DNA of 64,000 nt. Source: Candidatus Kaiserbacteria bacterium RIFCSPHIGHO2_01_FULL_54_36. GTDB taxonomy: Bacteria; Patescibacteriota; Minisyncoccia; Phycocordibacterales; UBA2100. This document shows positions 17,239 through 26,509 of the stretch, one piece after another. The stretch is taken from the NCBI GenBank assembly GCA_001781105.1, contig MFKV01000006.1, positions 9,032-73,031 of the forward strand, in the 5' to 3' direction. The notes under the pieces were generated by a model. The model searched no databases and was not told the origin of the DNA. It was given only the letters and a program-made list of their open reading frames with translations. Within the stretch, counting starts at the first letter, position 1. Each line of letters starts with the position of its first letter. Both the position numbers and the translations under genes were made by a program.

Positions 17239-17574
17239 ATGCGCTCGACTTTGTTTGCTGTTCTTCTCGCTTCTGCCTCGATCGCTCTCGCCCCGGCTCC
17301 TGCATCCGCTCAGCCTTCAGGTTGCGGCGGCTACTACGGAGAAGGGTGCTGGACTCCTCAGCAGCGAGATCAACTGGCTCGTCGGCTGGGATTGCCTCAG
17401 TGGCGAGGCGGCCAGCAGCGTCATCACCGCGGTCAGCGCGGGCATGGCCACTCCTACGGCCATAGCAGCCGCGGGGCCGTGCTCGAGGTCTACACGTGGA
17501 CCCGGCGCACCTGCCGCGACTGGGTGATGCAGGGTGGCGTGAAGATCTACATCGGTCCGCCGCGTTCCTGCTGA
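17239..17574 (+). CDS. small secreted protein, hypothetical
   Basis: Signal peptide with AxA site (…LAPAPASAQP). Cys-containing, His/Gly/Arg-rich. Has its own promoter and terminator. Confidence 0.5.
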   Translation: MRSTLFAVLLASASIALAPAPASAQPSGCGGYYGEGCWTPQQRDQLARRLGLPQWRGGQQRHHRGQRGHGHSYGHSSRGAVLEVYTWTRRTCRDWVMQGGVKIYIGPPRSC

Positions 17575-17602
17575 TCTCATATCAGCAGCGGCCCAGCTTG
17601 AA

Positions 17603-17650
17603 CGGCGCGCAGACAATCCTTCGGGACCTGCGCGCCGTTTTCTTTTGTCT
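17603..17650 (+). terminator. rho-independent terminator
   Basis: AACGGCGCGCAG…CTGCGCGCCGTT stem followed by TTTCTTTTGT. Confidence 0.6.
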
Positions 17651-17679
17651 ATGGAAAGAGTGAAGCAATAAGCCAATAT

Positions 17680-17707
17680 TTGACATTTGCAGATAAAATG
17701 ATATAAT
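17680..17707 (+). promoter_or_regulatory. consensus sigma70 promoter TTGACA-N16-TATAAT
   Basis: Perfect -35 and -10 hexamers. Followed by SD AGGAGG and the 17775 CDS. Confidence 0.6.
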
Positions 17708-17774
17708 CCCCGCTCGCTCGCCGGCATCCCGCCGGCAGCTTGATCGTTCACTCAAAACAAGGAAGGAGGCCCTA

Positions 17775-18095
17775 ATGGGGTTCTTCACACGCCTAATTGG
17801 GAGGGGCCTCTTCAAAGCGACGGCTCTTCTTATCGGCTTTGCGGGTGCTGCTGGTCTGTTTGTCGTCGATCCAAAAAAATATGCGGTCGCAGTCAAACTG
17901 AATCAGGAATACATTGGCACGTGGATTGCTTGGCTTCTAGGTAAGCTACCGCACGTCGGTGCTCACCTGGAGGCTTTTCTCGCAACCCACAGCCCTGGAT
18001 TCACCCTACTAGTCGTGGAGGTAGCGGTACTCGCCAAGCTGATTATGCTTGGCTCCCGCTTGTGCTTTCGTCTCACTCCTCCGCGGCGCGACTGA
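17775..18095 (+). CDS. small membrane protein, hypothetical
   Basis: 106 aa, two or three TM helices. Strong SD AAGGAGG 6 nt upstream. Confidence 0.5.
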   Translation: MGFFTRLIGRGLFKATALLIGFAGAAGLFVVDPKKYAVAVKLNQEYIGTWIAWLLGKLPHVGAHLEAFLATHSPGFTLLVVEVAVLAKLIMLGSRLCFRLTPPRRD

Positions 18096-18123
18096 ACCCG
18101 AAACTGAACCACATGGAGTCAAC

Positions 18124-18828
18124 ATGCAGCTCATCCTCACCCTTCTGGCGTTCGTGGCTGGCATAGCCACCGCGATCGCCATGCCCGCTACGTTCATTGC
18201 GATCCCGTACCTGAGCCAGGAAATGAGCCAGTACGTCACAATCCTCGTGGCGAATGGCGTTTTCGTGGGCGTCGCGTACGCGGTTCTCAATGCACTGGAT
18301 GCGACCCCACCCCAGACGAGCAAGTTCCTCTACTGGCTGAGTGCGGTCGGCTCGTTCATCCCGTGGCTCTCGCTCACGGGCACAACGATCTTCGTCACAC
18401 TCAACAGGTGGTCCGGCGGGCAACTGAACTCCCTGTCGGACATCAACGGTGCGATGGCACTGCTCTATGCGTTGACTGCCTTCGCCCAGCTCGACTTCTT
18501 CTACCTGCAGCGCCAGAAATGGCGGGCGCTGCGCAGGGGCGAGCATCGGGCACCAGACGCGCCCGCGCATGTCCCGGTCATCCCTCCCGCAACAACGGAC
18601 AACTGGGGCGGGGCGGTCGCGGCAATTGCCATGGTGCTGCTGATCGGCCTGGGTGTGTTGATCTACCAGCTGTACGGCTCCGGCGACTCATCCCAACAAA
18701 GCGCCGCAGGTCCGACGGTGACGTTGCCACCCATCGACAACACGCAGGCAAGTGTCCCGAGAGACAAGGGGCACAACGACAACCGTGGCGTCTGCGAGGT
18801 GTTTCCGGACGGAAGCCGCTTGTGCTGA
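18124..18828 (+). CDS. polytopic membrane protein, hypothetical
   Basis: Start chosen at MQLILTLLAFVAGIATAIAM. Five or six TM helices with a Gly/Ser-rich C-terminal tail. Confidence 0.45.
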   Translation: MQLILTLLAFVAGIATAIAMPATFIAIPYLSQEMSQYVTILVANGVFVGVAYAVLNALDATPPQTSKFLYWLSAVGSFIPWLSLTGTTIFVTLNRWSGGQLNSLSDINGAMALLYALTAFAQLDFFYLQRQKWRALRRGEHRAPDAPAHVPVIPPATTDNWGGAVAAIAMVLLIGLGVLIYQLYGSGDSSQQSAAGPTVTLPPIDNTQASVPRDKGHNDNRGVCEVFPDGSRLC

Positions 18829-18854
18829 CTTCGGCTTCGGCCTACCTTGTTACC

Positions 18855-18898
18855 CTGCAGCGCGCCCCTTCTTGGCGCGCTGCAGGACCCATCTTTTT
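18855..18898 (+). terminator. rho-independent terminator
   Basis: CTGCAGCGCGCC-CCTTCTT-GGCGCGCTGCAG stem-loop followed by ATCTTTTT. Confidence 0.6.
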
Positions 18899-18915
18899 AG
18901 CCATCCTACCAGCTC

Positions 18916-18943
18916 TTGACATTTGGATAATAAGTGCTACAAT
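18916..18943 (+). promoter_or_regulatory. sigma70 promoter TTGACA-N16-TACAAT
   Basis: Read directly. Drives a ~200-nt leader before the 19145 CDS. Confidence 0.55.
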
Positions 18944-19144
18944 TGCACACTAACGATTGCTTCGTTGGAATTCTCGAGACCCATCTTAGGCTGGTGCTCG
19001 AGAGTCCCTGTGAAGGGATATGATCTTTGTCAGAGTAGAGATATCGATGTAACGCGGAGGTTGTTATGCGCACGAACTAATTTCGTGCTCAGAAAGCCCT
19101 CGCGTTCTGCAGAAACCCTGCGAGGCCAACTCCGGAGAACTGTC

Positions 19145-19492
19145 ATGACGAAGTTCCTCACTGCCACCACCGCAATCATCCTCGTCGCCACCGCGGCCGC
19201 GTTCGCCCAGACCACGCCTGCTCCGGCACCCGCGGCCACTCCGGCAGCGACGGCGGCGCCCCGCGTCCTCACGGTCGACCGCAAGCAGGTCAAGGTGTGG
19301 GGCGTGCCGAAGAACCAGCACTTCACTGCCAACAGGTTGTTCCCCAACTTCTGGCAGCGGTGCCCGACTGGCCTGGTGCGTGCTGACATCGTGACGGATC
19401 CGGCACTCATCAAGAAGTACAAGGCGCCGAACGTCGACTATCTCTACCACTTCGTCTGCCTGGAGGAGGAGCCCACGTCACCCGCGACGTGA
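19145..19492 (+). CDS. small secreted protein, hypothetical
   Basis: Signal peptide MTKFLTATTAIILVATAAAFAQTTPAPAP. 116 aa. Confidence 0.45.
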   Translation: MTKFLTATTAIILVATAAAFAQTTPAPAPAATPAATAAPRVLTVDRKQVKVWGVPKNQHFTANRLFPNFWQRCPTGLVRADIVTDPALIKKYKAPNVDYLYHFVCLEEEPTSPAT

Positions 19493-19514
19493 CGCCCGAA
19501 TCCGCGCGGACCTT

Positions 19515-19574
19515 GGGAGCAGGCAAAAGGACTCAACATCCTAATGCCTGCTCCCGAGATCTATCTTTCGTTTG
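19515..19574 (+). terminator. rho-independent terminator
   Basis: GGGAGCAGGC…GCCTGCTCCC stem followed by a T-rich tail. Confidence 0.5.
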
Positions 19575-19738
19575 CAATTTCTCGATACGAGCCAATTCCT
19601 TGGATCGCGCCGAGCTCTCGCAAGAGAGCTATGTAAAAATCGTGAAGTACTTGACAGGCGAGAAATATCAAGTATAATCGCGCCGTTCAGCTAATTAACA
19701 ATATTATTAGTTTTTGAGACATTAATTAATACACGATT

Positions 19739-21193
19739 ATGACAAATGCATCGATAAAGAATACGTTTGCAACTCTCGCTGTTGTCGCGCTTGCGATGGC
19801 GGTTTCTTTCGGCACATTTGCCACAATCGTGCGTGCGGACGATGATCTTGGCTACTATGGCACGTCTGAAAACTACTATGGCACGGACTCCAGTGACCTC
19901 GGCTACTACGGTACGTCCGATAACCTTGGGTATTGGGGAACCGACTCAGGTGATCTCGGTTACTACGGCACGTCCGACAACCTCGGCTATTTTGGCACTG
20001 ATTCTGGTGATCTTGGTTACTACGGCACCTCGGATAATCTCGGGTACTACGGTACTTCCGATAACGATCTCGGCTACTACGGCACGTCCGACAACCTCGG
20101 CTACTACGGAACTCAAGAAGAGGTTTTCGGCACGGATGTCTACGGTACTGATGTCATCGAAGAGCACGGCGTCGGATACTCGTATCACGAATATGAGAAC
20201 GATTTCTCGCAGAGCTACTCTTCGCCTTCCTGTTACTCTTGTTCCTCTTCTTCAAAGCCATTCAGCTTCTCGGCTCCTTCTACCTACTACCCGCCGAGCC
20301 GTCCTCAGAGCTATCCGGCTCCGCAGCCTCAGTCACAACCTCGTCCGCAGCAATTCCCGGTCTTCTATCCGCAGCAACAGCAGCAGCAACAGCAGCAACA
20401 GCAACAGGGAAGCGCGCAGCCGATCAACATCAACAACGTCAACAACAATAACAACGTCAACCAGAACACCAACACGAATCCGGTGACCGTGACGACGGTT
20501 ATACCTGTGACGCAGGCACCGATTACGTATCCGGTACAGTACGTCTACCCGCAACAGCCTGTCTATCCGACTCCTCCTGCCCCGAACCTCTACTGTGTCA
20601 TCTCTGTCTCGCCAAGCACGATCTCGAATGGTCAGGCAGCGTACCTCACGTGGAGCTCGACAGGTGCTACGAGCGCATGGCTCTCTGACGGAATCGGCAA
20701 TGTCTCGATCAACGGCTCACTCGCAGTTCGCCCGAACAACTCGAAGACCTATACACTTACGGTCTCTGGCTACGGCGGTACTCGTACCTGCAACGTCTAC
20801 GTCAGCGTCAACAATGCGTATCCGTACGTCTCACTCTCGCAGATCCCATACACAGGCTTTACCCTGGGGCCGCTCGGCAACGCGCTCTACTGGCTCTCGA
20901 TGCTCAGCTTCGCAGCCGCTGGTGCCTACCTCTTGGTTTACTACAAAGGCGGTGCATTCACGCTCGCCTCTGCAATGATCGGCCAGCGCTCGGTCAATCG
21001 CTCTGAAATAGAAGTGCCTGCAGGAGACGTAGAACCTATCGAAACTCCCGTAGAACCTACTCCGAGCCCGGTCCAGATGGAAATGCTTGAGAATCTCCCA
21101 ATCGCACCGGCCAGCTTCCGCTCCATCGACAGCATGAAGCTCATGCACGGTACCGAGGGCAGCGCTCCGCGCATCGTGATCACTCGCAACTAA
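19739..21193 (+). CDS. second IPYTG-type surface protein: signal peptide, (DLGYYGTSDN)x~10 repeats, poly-Q, Asn-rich tract, conserved C-terminal module, IPYTG signal
   Basis: C-terminal ~110 aa align with the 13862 protein (LYC..S.S.I.NGQA.YL.W.STGATSA … SL.QIPYTGF..GP.GNA.YWL.ML.FA…YLL.YY.GG). Low-complexity repeats are read directly. Confidence 0.65.
   Translation: MTNASIKNTFATLAVVALAMAVSFGTFATIVRADDDLGYYGTSENYYGTDSSDLGYYGTSDNLGYWGTDSGDLGYYGTSDNLGYFGTDSGDLGYYGTSDNLGYYGTSDNDLGYYGTSDNLGYYGTQEEVFGTDVYGTDVIEEHGVGYSYHEYENDFSQSYSSPSCYSCSSSSKPFSFSAPSTYYPPSRPQSYPAPQPQSQPRPQQFPVFYPQQQQQQQQQQQQGSAQPININNVNNNNNVNQNTNTNPVTVTTVIPVTQAPITYPVQYVYPQQPVYPTPPAPNLYCVISVSPSTISNGQAAYLTWSSTGATSAWLSDGIGNVSINGSLAVRPNNSKTYTLTVSGYGGTRTCNVYVSVNNAYPYVSLSQIPYTGFTLGPLGNALYWLSMLSFAAAGAYLLVYYKGGAFTLASAMIGQRSVNRSEIEVPAGDVEPIETPVEPTPSPVQMEMLENLPIAPASFRSIDSMKLMHGTEGSAPRIVITRN
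19838..20115 (+). repeat. 30-bp tandem coding repeat (DLGYYGTSDN)
   Basis: About nine or ten consecutive units. Confidence 0.75.
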
Positions 21194-21228
21194 TTTCGCC
21201 GCCGCCTCAAGCGCTCCAAGGTGAAAAC

Positions 21229-21259
21229 AAAAACTCTCCTGAAAAGGAGAGTTTTTGTT
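21229..21259. terminator. bidirectional terminator between convergent genes
   Basis: AAAAACTCTCC-TGAAAA-GGAGAGTTTTT: a perfect hairpin flanked by A- and T-runs. Confidence 0.7.
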
Positions 21260-22995
21260 TAAGCGGCCCGAGTTTGTATCTCTTCTTTCAACCTCGCAAT
21301 GATTTCGGCAATAGGGAAGGCGCCGATCTTTCCTGCGCGGCCTTCGAGCGTTGCGGTCTTCGCCCTCATTTCCTCGTCGCCAACGACGAGCACATACGGG
21401 ATCTTTTCCACCTTGCTGCTGCGGATACGCTTGCCGAGGGAGTCCGAGTCGTGCAGATCTGCGCGAATACCAGTGGCGAGAAGTTGGTCCTGAAGCTCTT
21501 TCGCGTATTCTGAGAATTTGTCGGAGACTGGAAGCACGCGCGCTTGTACCGGCGCCATCCATAGTGGGAATGCTCCAGCATAGTGTTCGATGAGGATCCC
21601 GAGAAATCGGTCAGGCGAGCCGATCAACGCGCGGTGGATCATGACCGGGGTTTTGGCCCTCCCATCCTCTCCTGTGTATTCAAGTTTAAATCGGGAAGGC
21701 TGAACGAAATCGAGCTGGATCGTCGAGATCTGCCACTGCCTCCCGATCGCATCGACCGCCATAATGTCTATCTTGGGCCCATAGAAAGCTGCCTCACCCA
21801 CTGCCTCTTTGAACTCAACTCCTTTCTTCTGCAGCAGTTCTCGCATAATCGTTTGCGCGTGTTCCCACACTGCGGGATCACCAAGGTATTTTTCACCGTT
21901 CTCTGGGTCTCGGAGCGAGAAGCGCATCCAATAATCGATCCTGTACGTTGCGAGCGCTTCTTGGATGGCGCTCAAAACAGCGGACACTTCAGATTCGATC
22001 TGGTCCTCGCGACAGAAGATGTGACCGTCATCTTGTGCGAATGCCCGCAATCGAGTAAGGCCCGAAAGTTCGCCCGGCCGCTCATCGCGATACAGATTTG
22101 CAAAATCCGCATAACGAATGGGGAGGTCGCGATAGCTGCGCATCTGCGAGGCATAGATCTGCGTGTGTTGGGGACAGTTCATCGGCTTCATGTACATCTC
22201 GTCAGCGACATACTGCGAAGAGACCTTGAGCATGTCGTCTTTGAACGCATCGTAGTGACCAGAGATCTTGAAGAGTTCAGCCTTGTTGATGTTGGGAGTA
22301 TGCACCTCACCGAACCCAAGTTTGTCGTTGAGTTCCCGGGAGTAATTGACGATGGCATTGCGGACAATGTTGCCTTTTGGGGTGTAGAGCGGCATGCCGG
22401 AGCCGACCAAGTCGGAAAATACCAGTAGCCCTTGCTCTCGAGCGATCTTCCGGTGATCCCGCTTTTTCGCTTCCTCGCGCTGCTTCAGATACGCGTCGAG
22501 TTCCTGCTTGGAAGGGAAGGCGAGACCGTAGATGCGCGTGAGCATTTTGTTCTTTTCGTCTCCGCGCCAGTAGGCCCCAGCGATGCGATCCAACTTGAAA
22601 GAATCCGGAGCGATTTCTTTAGCCGGGTTTTCCACGTGGCCGCCGCGGCAGAGGTCCACTAGTCCTGGCGCATTGTGAAAAGTAATCTTTTTACCCTGGC
22701 CTGCGAACTCTTCGATAAGTTCGCTTTTGTATGTGTTCCACGCGAATTCTTTCAGAGCTTCTTCCTTGCTCACTTCTTTCTTCTCGAAACCAGTCCATTT
22801 TGGCAAGAGTTCCCGCATTTTCGCTTCTATCTTTGGCAGATCGGCATCGCTTATTGTTCCCGCAATTTCAAAATCTTGATAAAAGCCGTTGTCGATCGAG
22901 GGGCCGATCGCATTTTGGGATCCAGGCCATAACTCGCGCACCGCGGCTACGGTGAGGTGTGCGAGGGTGTGCCCAATTTGTTCAATTTCGGCCAT
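21259..22995 (-). CDS. thrS: threonine--tRNA ligase (short form lacking N-terminal TGS/editing extension)
   Basis: Class II motifs. HDSDSLGKRIRS… anticodon-binding tail. Zn-binding CPQHTQ…H. Confidence 0.85.
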   Translation of the reverse strand: MAEIEQIGHTLAHLTVAAVRELWPGSQNAIGPSIDNGFYQDFEIAGTISDADLPKIEAKMRELLPKWTGFEKKEVSKEEALKEFAWNTYKSELIEEFAGQGKKITFHNAPGLVDLCRGGHVENPAKEIAPDSFKLDRIAGAYWRGDEKNKMLTRIYGLAFPSKQELDAYLKQREEAKKRDHRKIAREQGLLVFSDLVGSGMPLYTPKGNIVRNAIVNYSRELNDKLGFGEVHTPNINKAELFKISGHYDAFKDDMLKVSSQYVADEMYMKPMNCPQHTQIYASQMRSYRDLPIRYADFANLYRDERPGELSGLTRLRAFAQDDGHIFCREDQIESEVSAVLSAIQEALATYRIDYWMRFSLRDPENGEKYLGDPAVWEHAQTIMRELLQKKGVEFKEAVGEAAFYGPKIDIMAVDAIGRQWQISTIQLDFVQPSRFKLEYTGEDGRAKTPVMIHRALIGSPDRFLGILIEHYAGAFPLWMAPVQARVLPVSDKFSEYAKELQDQLLATGIRADLHDSDSLGKRIRSSKVEKIPYVLVVGDEEMRAKTATLEGRAGKIGAFPIAEIIARLKEEIQTRAA

Positions 22996-23071
22996 GAAGC
23001 TGCATCATAGCAATAATCGCCAAACGCGCAAAAAACAGCGACCCCGAAGGGCCACTGATAGGCGAGCAATC

Positions 23072-23290
23072 TTAGTTCAGTTTATCCTTATCAATCTCGC
23101 TCTGATGCTGGTCGGGGAAGGTCTCTTTGAGCTGACTCGTGTAGTCATCTTCTTTTACCTCGTTACCATCCCAGACTAGCTTTCCTCGTTCTTGACCGGC
23201 TTGTTGTTGCGCCGACTCTTTTTCTTGTTTCTTCTTCTCGGCATCCTTTTTCGCTCTCATGATTGCCTCACGCGGTTTAGAATTCTCCAT
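23072..23290 (-). CDS. small highly charged hypothetical protein
   Basis: 72-aa Lys/Glu-rich ORF in the 325-nt thrS-dnaE spacer. Confidence 0.3.
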   Translation of the reverse strand: MENSKPREAIMRAKKDAEKKKQEKESAQQQAGQERGKLVWDGNEVKEDDYTSQLKETFPDQHQSEIDKDKLN

Positions 23291-23320
23291 AGTCAGGCTT
23301 CAGTATATCATGTCGCAGTT

Positions 23321-26300
23321 TTAAAGCGCTTTGGCCCGCTCTACCACGAAGCTCGACTCGCCGTTGCGCTCCGAAATTTTTCCCTTGACGGCAACGCACG
23401 CGCCGAGCGAAAGGAGTGATTCGAGCTCCTTCAAGACGCGCGGGAAGACTACCATTTCTATCGCATCCGAATAATCTGCGATCTTCATGAATCCCATGCG
23501 CTCGCCGGCTTTCGTCATATTGATGCGCGTTTCTTCGATGTGGCCCGCGATCACCGTCTCTACGCCGCGCAAGTGTTCCTTGGCATGTTTGATGGTCTTC
23601 TTGGGGTCACCAAATTTACGCTTGTGCTTGTCGAGCGGGTGGCCGGAGACGTAGAGGCCAAGCAGCTCCTTTTCCCACCCAAGGCGCTCTTCCATAGTTG
23701 CGGGCGCAGAGGTGGGAAGTTTCAAAGGCGCGGGCTTGGAATTACCGGCGCCGAAGAGCGAGCCTTGGTCGGTCGGCGCTTTCATGTGTTCTCTCTGGTA
23801 GCTAAGCAGTGCATCAATGTTGGTAAGCAGCTGCCCGCGTTCTCCTAGGTCGTCGAGCGCACCACTTTGGATGAGCGCTTCGAGCGATTTTTTGTTGAGA
23901 TTCCTGTCCGCGATCCTGGATAGAAAATTGCCGATGTCGGCAAAGGGTCCTCCTGACTCGCCTGCCTGCGCAGGCAGGCGTGCGGTAATAATTGAATCAG
24001 CAACTCCGGTGCCGAAGTTTTTTATGGAATACAAACCAAAGCGGATGTTTGTATCGTCTATCACGGTAAAGTTGCCTTTGCTCTCTTGCACCGAAGGGGG
24101 CCAGACTTTGATGCCCATGCGCTTACACTCCGCCACGACCTCGGCGATCTTCTCTACATCGCCCGCATCGGCGGTAAGGAGAGCCGCCATGTAATCGACG
24201 GGGAAGTTGGCTTTCATGTAGGCTGTTTTGTAGGCGAGATTGCCGTAGCTTGCGGCGTGTGCTTTGTTGAATCCGTATGCCGCGAACGTCTCGATCTGCT
24301 CCCACAATTTCTGCACAGCCTCTTTCTTCATGCCCCCCGCACCACAGCCTGCGATGAATTTTTCTTTTTGAGCGGCCATTTCTTTCGGTATCTTCTTCCC
24401 CATCGCTTTGCGGAACTTGTCGGCCTCACCCCATGAGTAGCCAGCCAGTTGTACCGCGATCATCATGACGTCGTCTTGATAGATGAGGACGCCATAGGTT
24501 GGCTTCAATATCTCTTCCATGCGCGGATCGAGATACTTCACACGCGCAGGATCTTTTTTGCGCTCAATATACTCGGGAATAAACGCCATAGGACCGGGGC
24601 GGTACAGCGCGACCATCGCATTAATGTCATGGATGACAGTGGGCTTGAGGTCTTTGAGATACGAGGTCATTCCGCCGCCCGCCATCTGGAAGACACCGAG
24701 TGTCTCGCCGCGCGTGAGAAGCTCGTACACTTTCGTGTCGTCGAGCGGGATCTTATCGAGGTCTATATCAACGCCGAGCCGCACGCTCACTCTTGCCACA
24801 GAATCTGCCAAGACCGACAGGTTGGTAAGCCCGAGAATATCGAACTTGAGAAGGCCGATGCCGCCGTACTCATCGGCGATCGAGTACATATCGTATTGTG
24901 TGATGATGTGGTTTCCCTTGGGATCGATCTGGATGGGGGAATAATCTACGATCGGAGTGGGTGCGATAACCACTCCCGCGGCATGCACGCCGACGTGCCG
25001 TGCATTGCCTTCGATCTTTCGCGCGAGATCCAAGATCTCGCGCGAGTCGCCGTCTGTTTTGTACACTTGCGCAAGCTCCGGCACGTCTTCGAGCGATCTC
25101 TGGATGGTGACGGGGAAGCCTTGTTTCCCGAAGGGGATAAGCTTCGCAAGCCGATCGCCGATCGCGTACGGATGTCCCATGGCGCGCGCGACATCGCGCA
25201 CCGCAGCGCGAGCCATCATCGTGCCGAACGTGCCGACTTGTGCCACTTTATCCTCTCCGTATTTGCGCCGTACGTATTCGATGAGCTCGTCGCGGCGGTT
25301 GTCGGCGATATCCATGTCGATATCCGGCGCGGAAGGCCGTTCAGGGTTGAGAAAACGCTCGAACGGCATGTTGAATTCGATAGGATCAACCGTCGTGATA
25401 CCGCAGAGGTATGAGACAAGGGAGCCGGCAGCGGAGCCGCGCGTGTTGGTGAAGATGCCACTGTCCCTAGCGTGGCGCAGAAGATCGGCGACAATAAGGA
25501 AATACGAAGCGTAGCCCTTGTCGGCAATTATCTTGAGTTCATAGTTGATGCGCGTATGTAGCTCCGGCGTATCGCCCATTTGGCGCTCACCGATCCCATG
25601 CTCGGCAAGCACTCGCAGCTCCCTGTCATCGCTCGAACTTTTGGGAATGGGAAATGTGGGAAATATGGCTTTGCCGAGTTTCAGCTCGAGTTCACACAGC
25701 TCGGCAATACGTACGGTATTCTCTACCGCTTCCGGCAGGTCGGCGAAGAGCTCGAGCGCGCGAGCGCGCGAGGCGAATGAGTAATCATGCGCAGCTTGTT
25801 CGAAATCTCTGTTAAAAACGCCCGCTGTGCGAATTTTGTTGACGAGCTCGCGCGCGAGCGCATCCTCTTGCTGCAGATAGTACGTCTCGCACGCAGCTAC
25901 GGGTTCGATAAGTTCACCGCGAGCCAGCTCGAGTATTGCTTTCGTCTGTTCATCATGCCTGGCGATCTCCGGGTGGCGCGTGATCTCAGCGAAGCAATCA
26001 TCCCCAAAGATTTTCTTGTACCACGCTAATATTTCCCGAGCGCGCTCTTTGTTTCCATTGCGAAGCGTCTGCGCATGCTCTCCGCCTGATGCCGGCAGTA
26101 TTGCGATCAAGCCCTCGTGGTGTAATTCTATTAATTCACGGTCAATGCGCGGACGGTAGTAGAAGCCCTCGAGATGCGATTTGGAGACGAGCTGCAAAAG
26201 ATTCTGATAGCCCGACATATTTTTGGCGAGCAACACAAGTCTGGAAGGGTGGTCGTCTACCCGGTGCTCCTTTTGCGCCCTCGCACGAGGCGCTACGAAA

Positions 26301-26509
26301 AAATCAACGCCGAGGATGGGCTTGATGCCATTTTCTTTGCACTCCTTGTAGAACTCTATGGCTCCGTACAGGTTGCCGTTGTCGGTCAGCGCGAGCGCTT
26401 GCTGCCCATCTACCTTTGCCGCTTCCACGAGGTCGGGGATTTTGGGTAGCGCTTCAAGCAATGAATAGTGCGAGTGTGTGTGAAGATGAACAAAATCCGC
26501 ACGCAACAT
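23321..26509 (-). CDS. dnaE: DNA polymerase III alpha subunit
   Basis: PHP domain start MLRADFVHLHTHSHYSLLEA, polymerase core, C-terminal OB fold. The 109-aa N-terminal extension in the ORF track is rejected. The ATG is at 26509-26507. Confidence 0.9.
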   Translation of the reverse strand: MLRADFVHLHTHSHYSLLEALPKIPDLVEAAKVDGQQALALTDNGNLYGAIEFYKECKENGIKPILGVDFFVAPRARAQKEHRVDDHPSRLVLLAKNMSGYQNLLQLVSKSHLEGFYYRPRIDRELIELHHEGLIAILPASGGEHAQTLRNGNKERAREILAWYKKIFGDDCFAEITRHPEIARHDEQTKAILELARGELIEPVAACETYYLQQEDALARELVNKIRTAGVFNRDFEQAAHDYSFASRARALELFADLPEAVENTVRIAELCELELKLGKAIFPTFPIPKSSSDDRELRVLAEHGIGERQMGDTPELHTRINYELKIIADKGYASYFLIVADLLRHARDSGIFTNTRGSAAGSLVSYLCGITTVDPIEFNMPFERFLNPERPSAPDIDMDIADNRRDELIEYVRRKYGEDKVAQVGTFGTMMARAAVRDVARAMGHPYAIGDRLAKLIPFGKQGFPVTIQRSLEDVPELAQVYKTDGDSREILDLARKIEGNARHVGVHAAGVVIAPTPIVDYSPIQIDPKGNHIITQYDMYSIADEYGGIGLLKFDILGLTNLSVLADSVARVSVRLGVDIDLDKIPLDDTKVYELLTRGETLGVFQMAGGGMTSYLKDLKPTVIHDINAMVALYRPGPMAFIPEYIERKKDPARVKYLDPRMEEILKPTYGVLIYQDDVMMIAVQLAGYSWGEADKFRKAMGKKIPKEMAAQKEKFIAGCGAGGMKKEAVQKLWEQIETFAAYGFNKAHAASYGNLAYKTAYMKANFPVDYMAALLTADAGDVEKIAEVVAECKRMGIKVWPPSVQESKGNFTVIDDTNIRFGLYSIKNFGTGVADSIITARLPAQAGESGGPFADIGNFLSRIADRNLNKKSLEALIQSGALDDLGERGQLLTNIDALLSYQREHMKAPTDQGSLFGAGNSKPAPLKLPTSAPATMEERLGWEKELLGLYVSGHPLDKHKRKFGDPKKTIKHAKEHLRGVETVIAGHIEETRINMTKAGERMGFMKIADYSDAIEMVVFPRVLKELESLLSLGACVAVKGKISERNGESSFVVERAKAL

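Noticed and set aside
23540-25527. Series of long plus-strand ORFs (for example 24449-25414, 321 aa) opposite dnaE
   Set aside because: They lie antisense within a well-supported dnaE reading frame and have skewed, Arg/Ser-rich composition typical of shadow ORFs in high-GC DNA. The same reasoning applies to antisense ORFs in rpoB, rpoC, smc, dnaG, rpoD, gyrB, pheT, thrS, the ABC transporter gene and the IS110 gene (for example 60610-61596).
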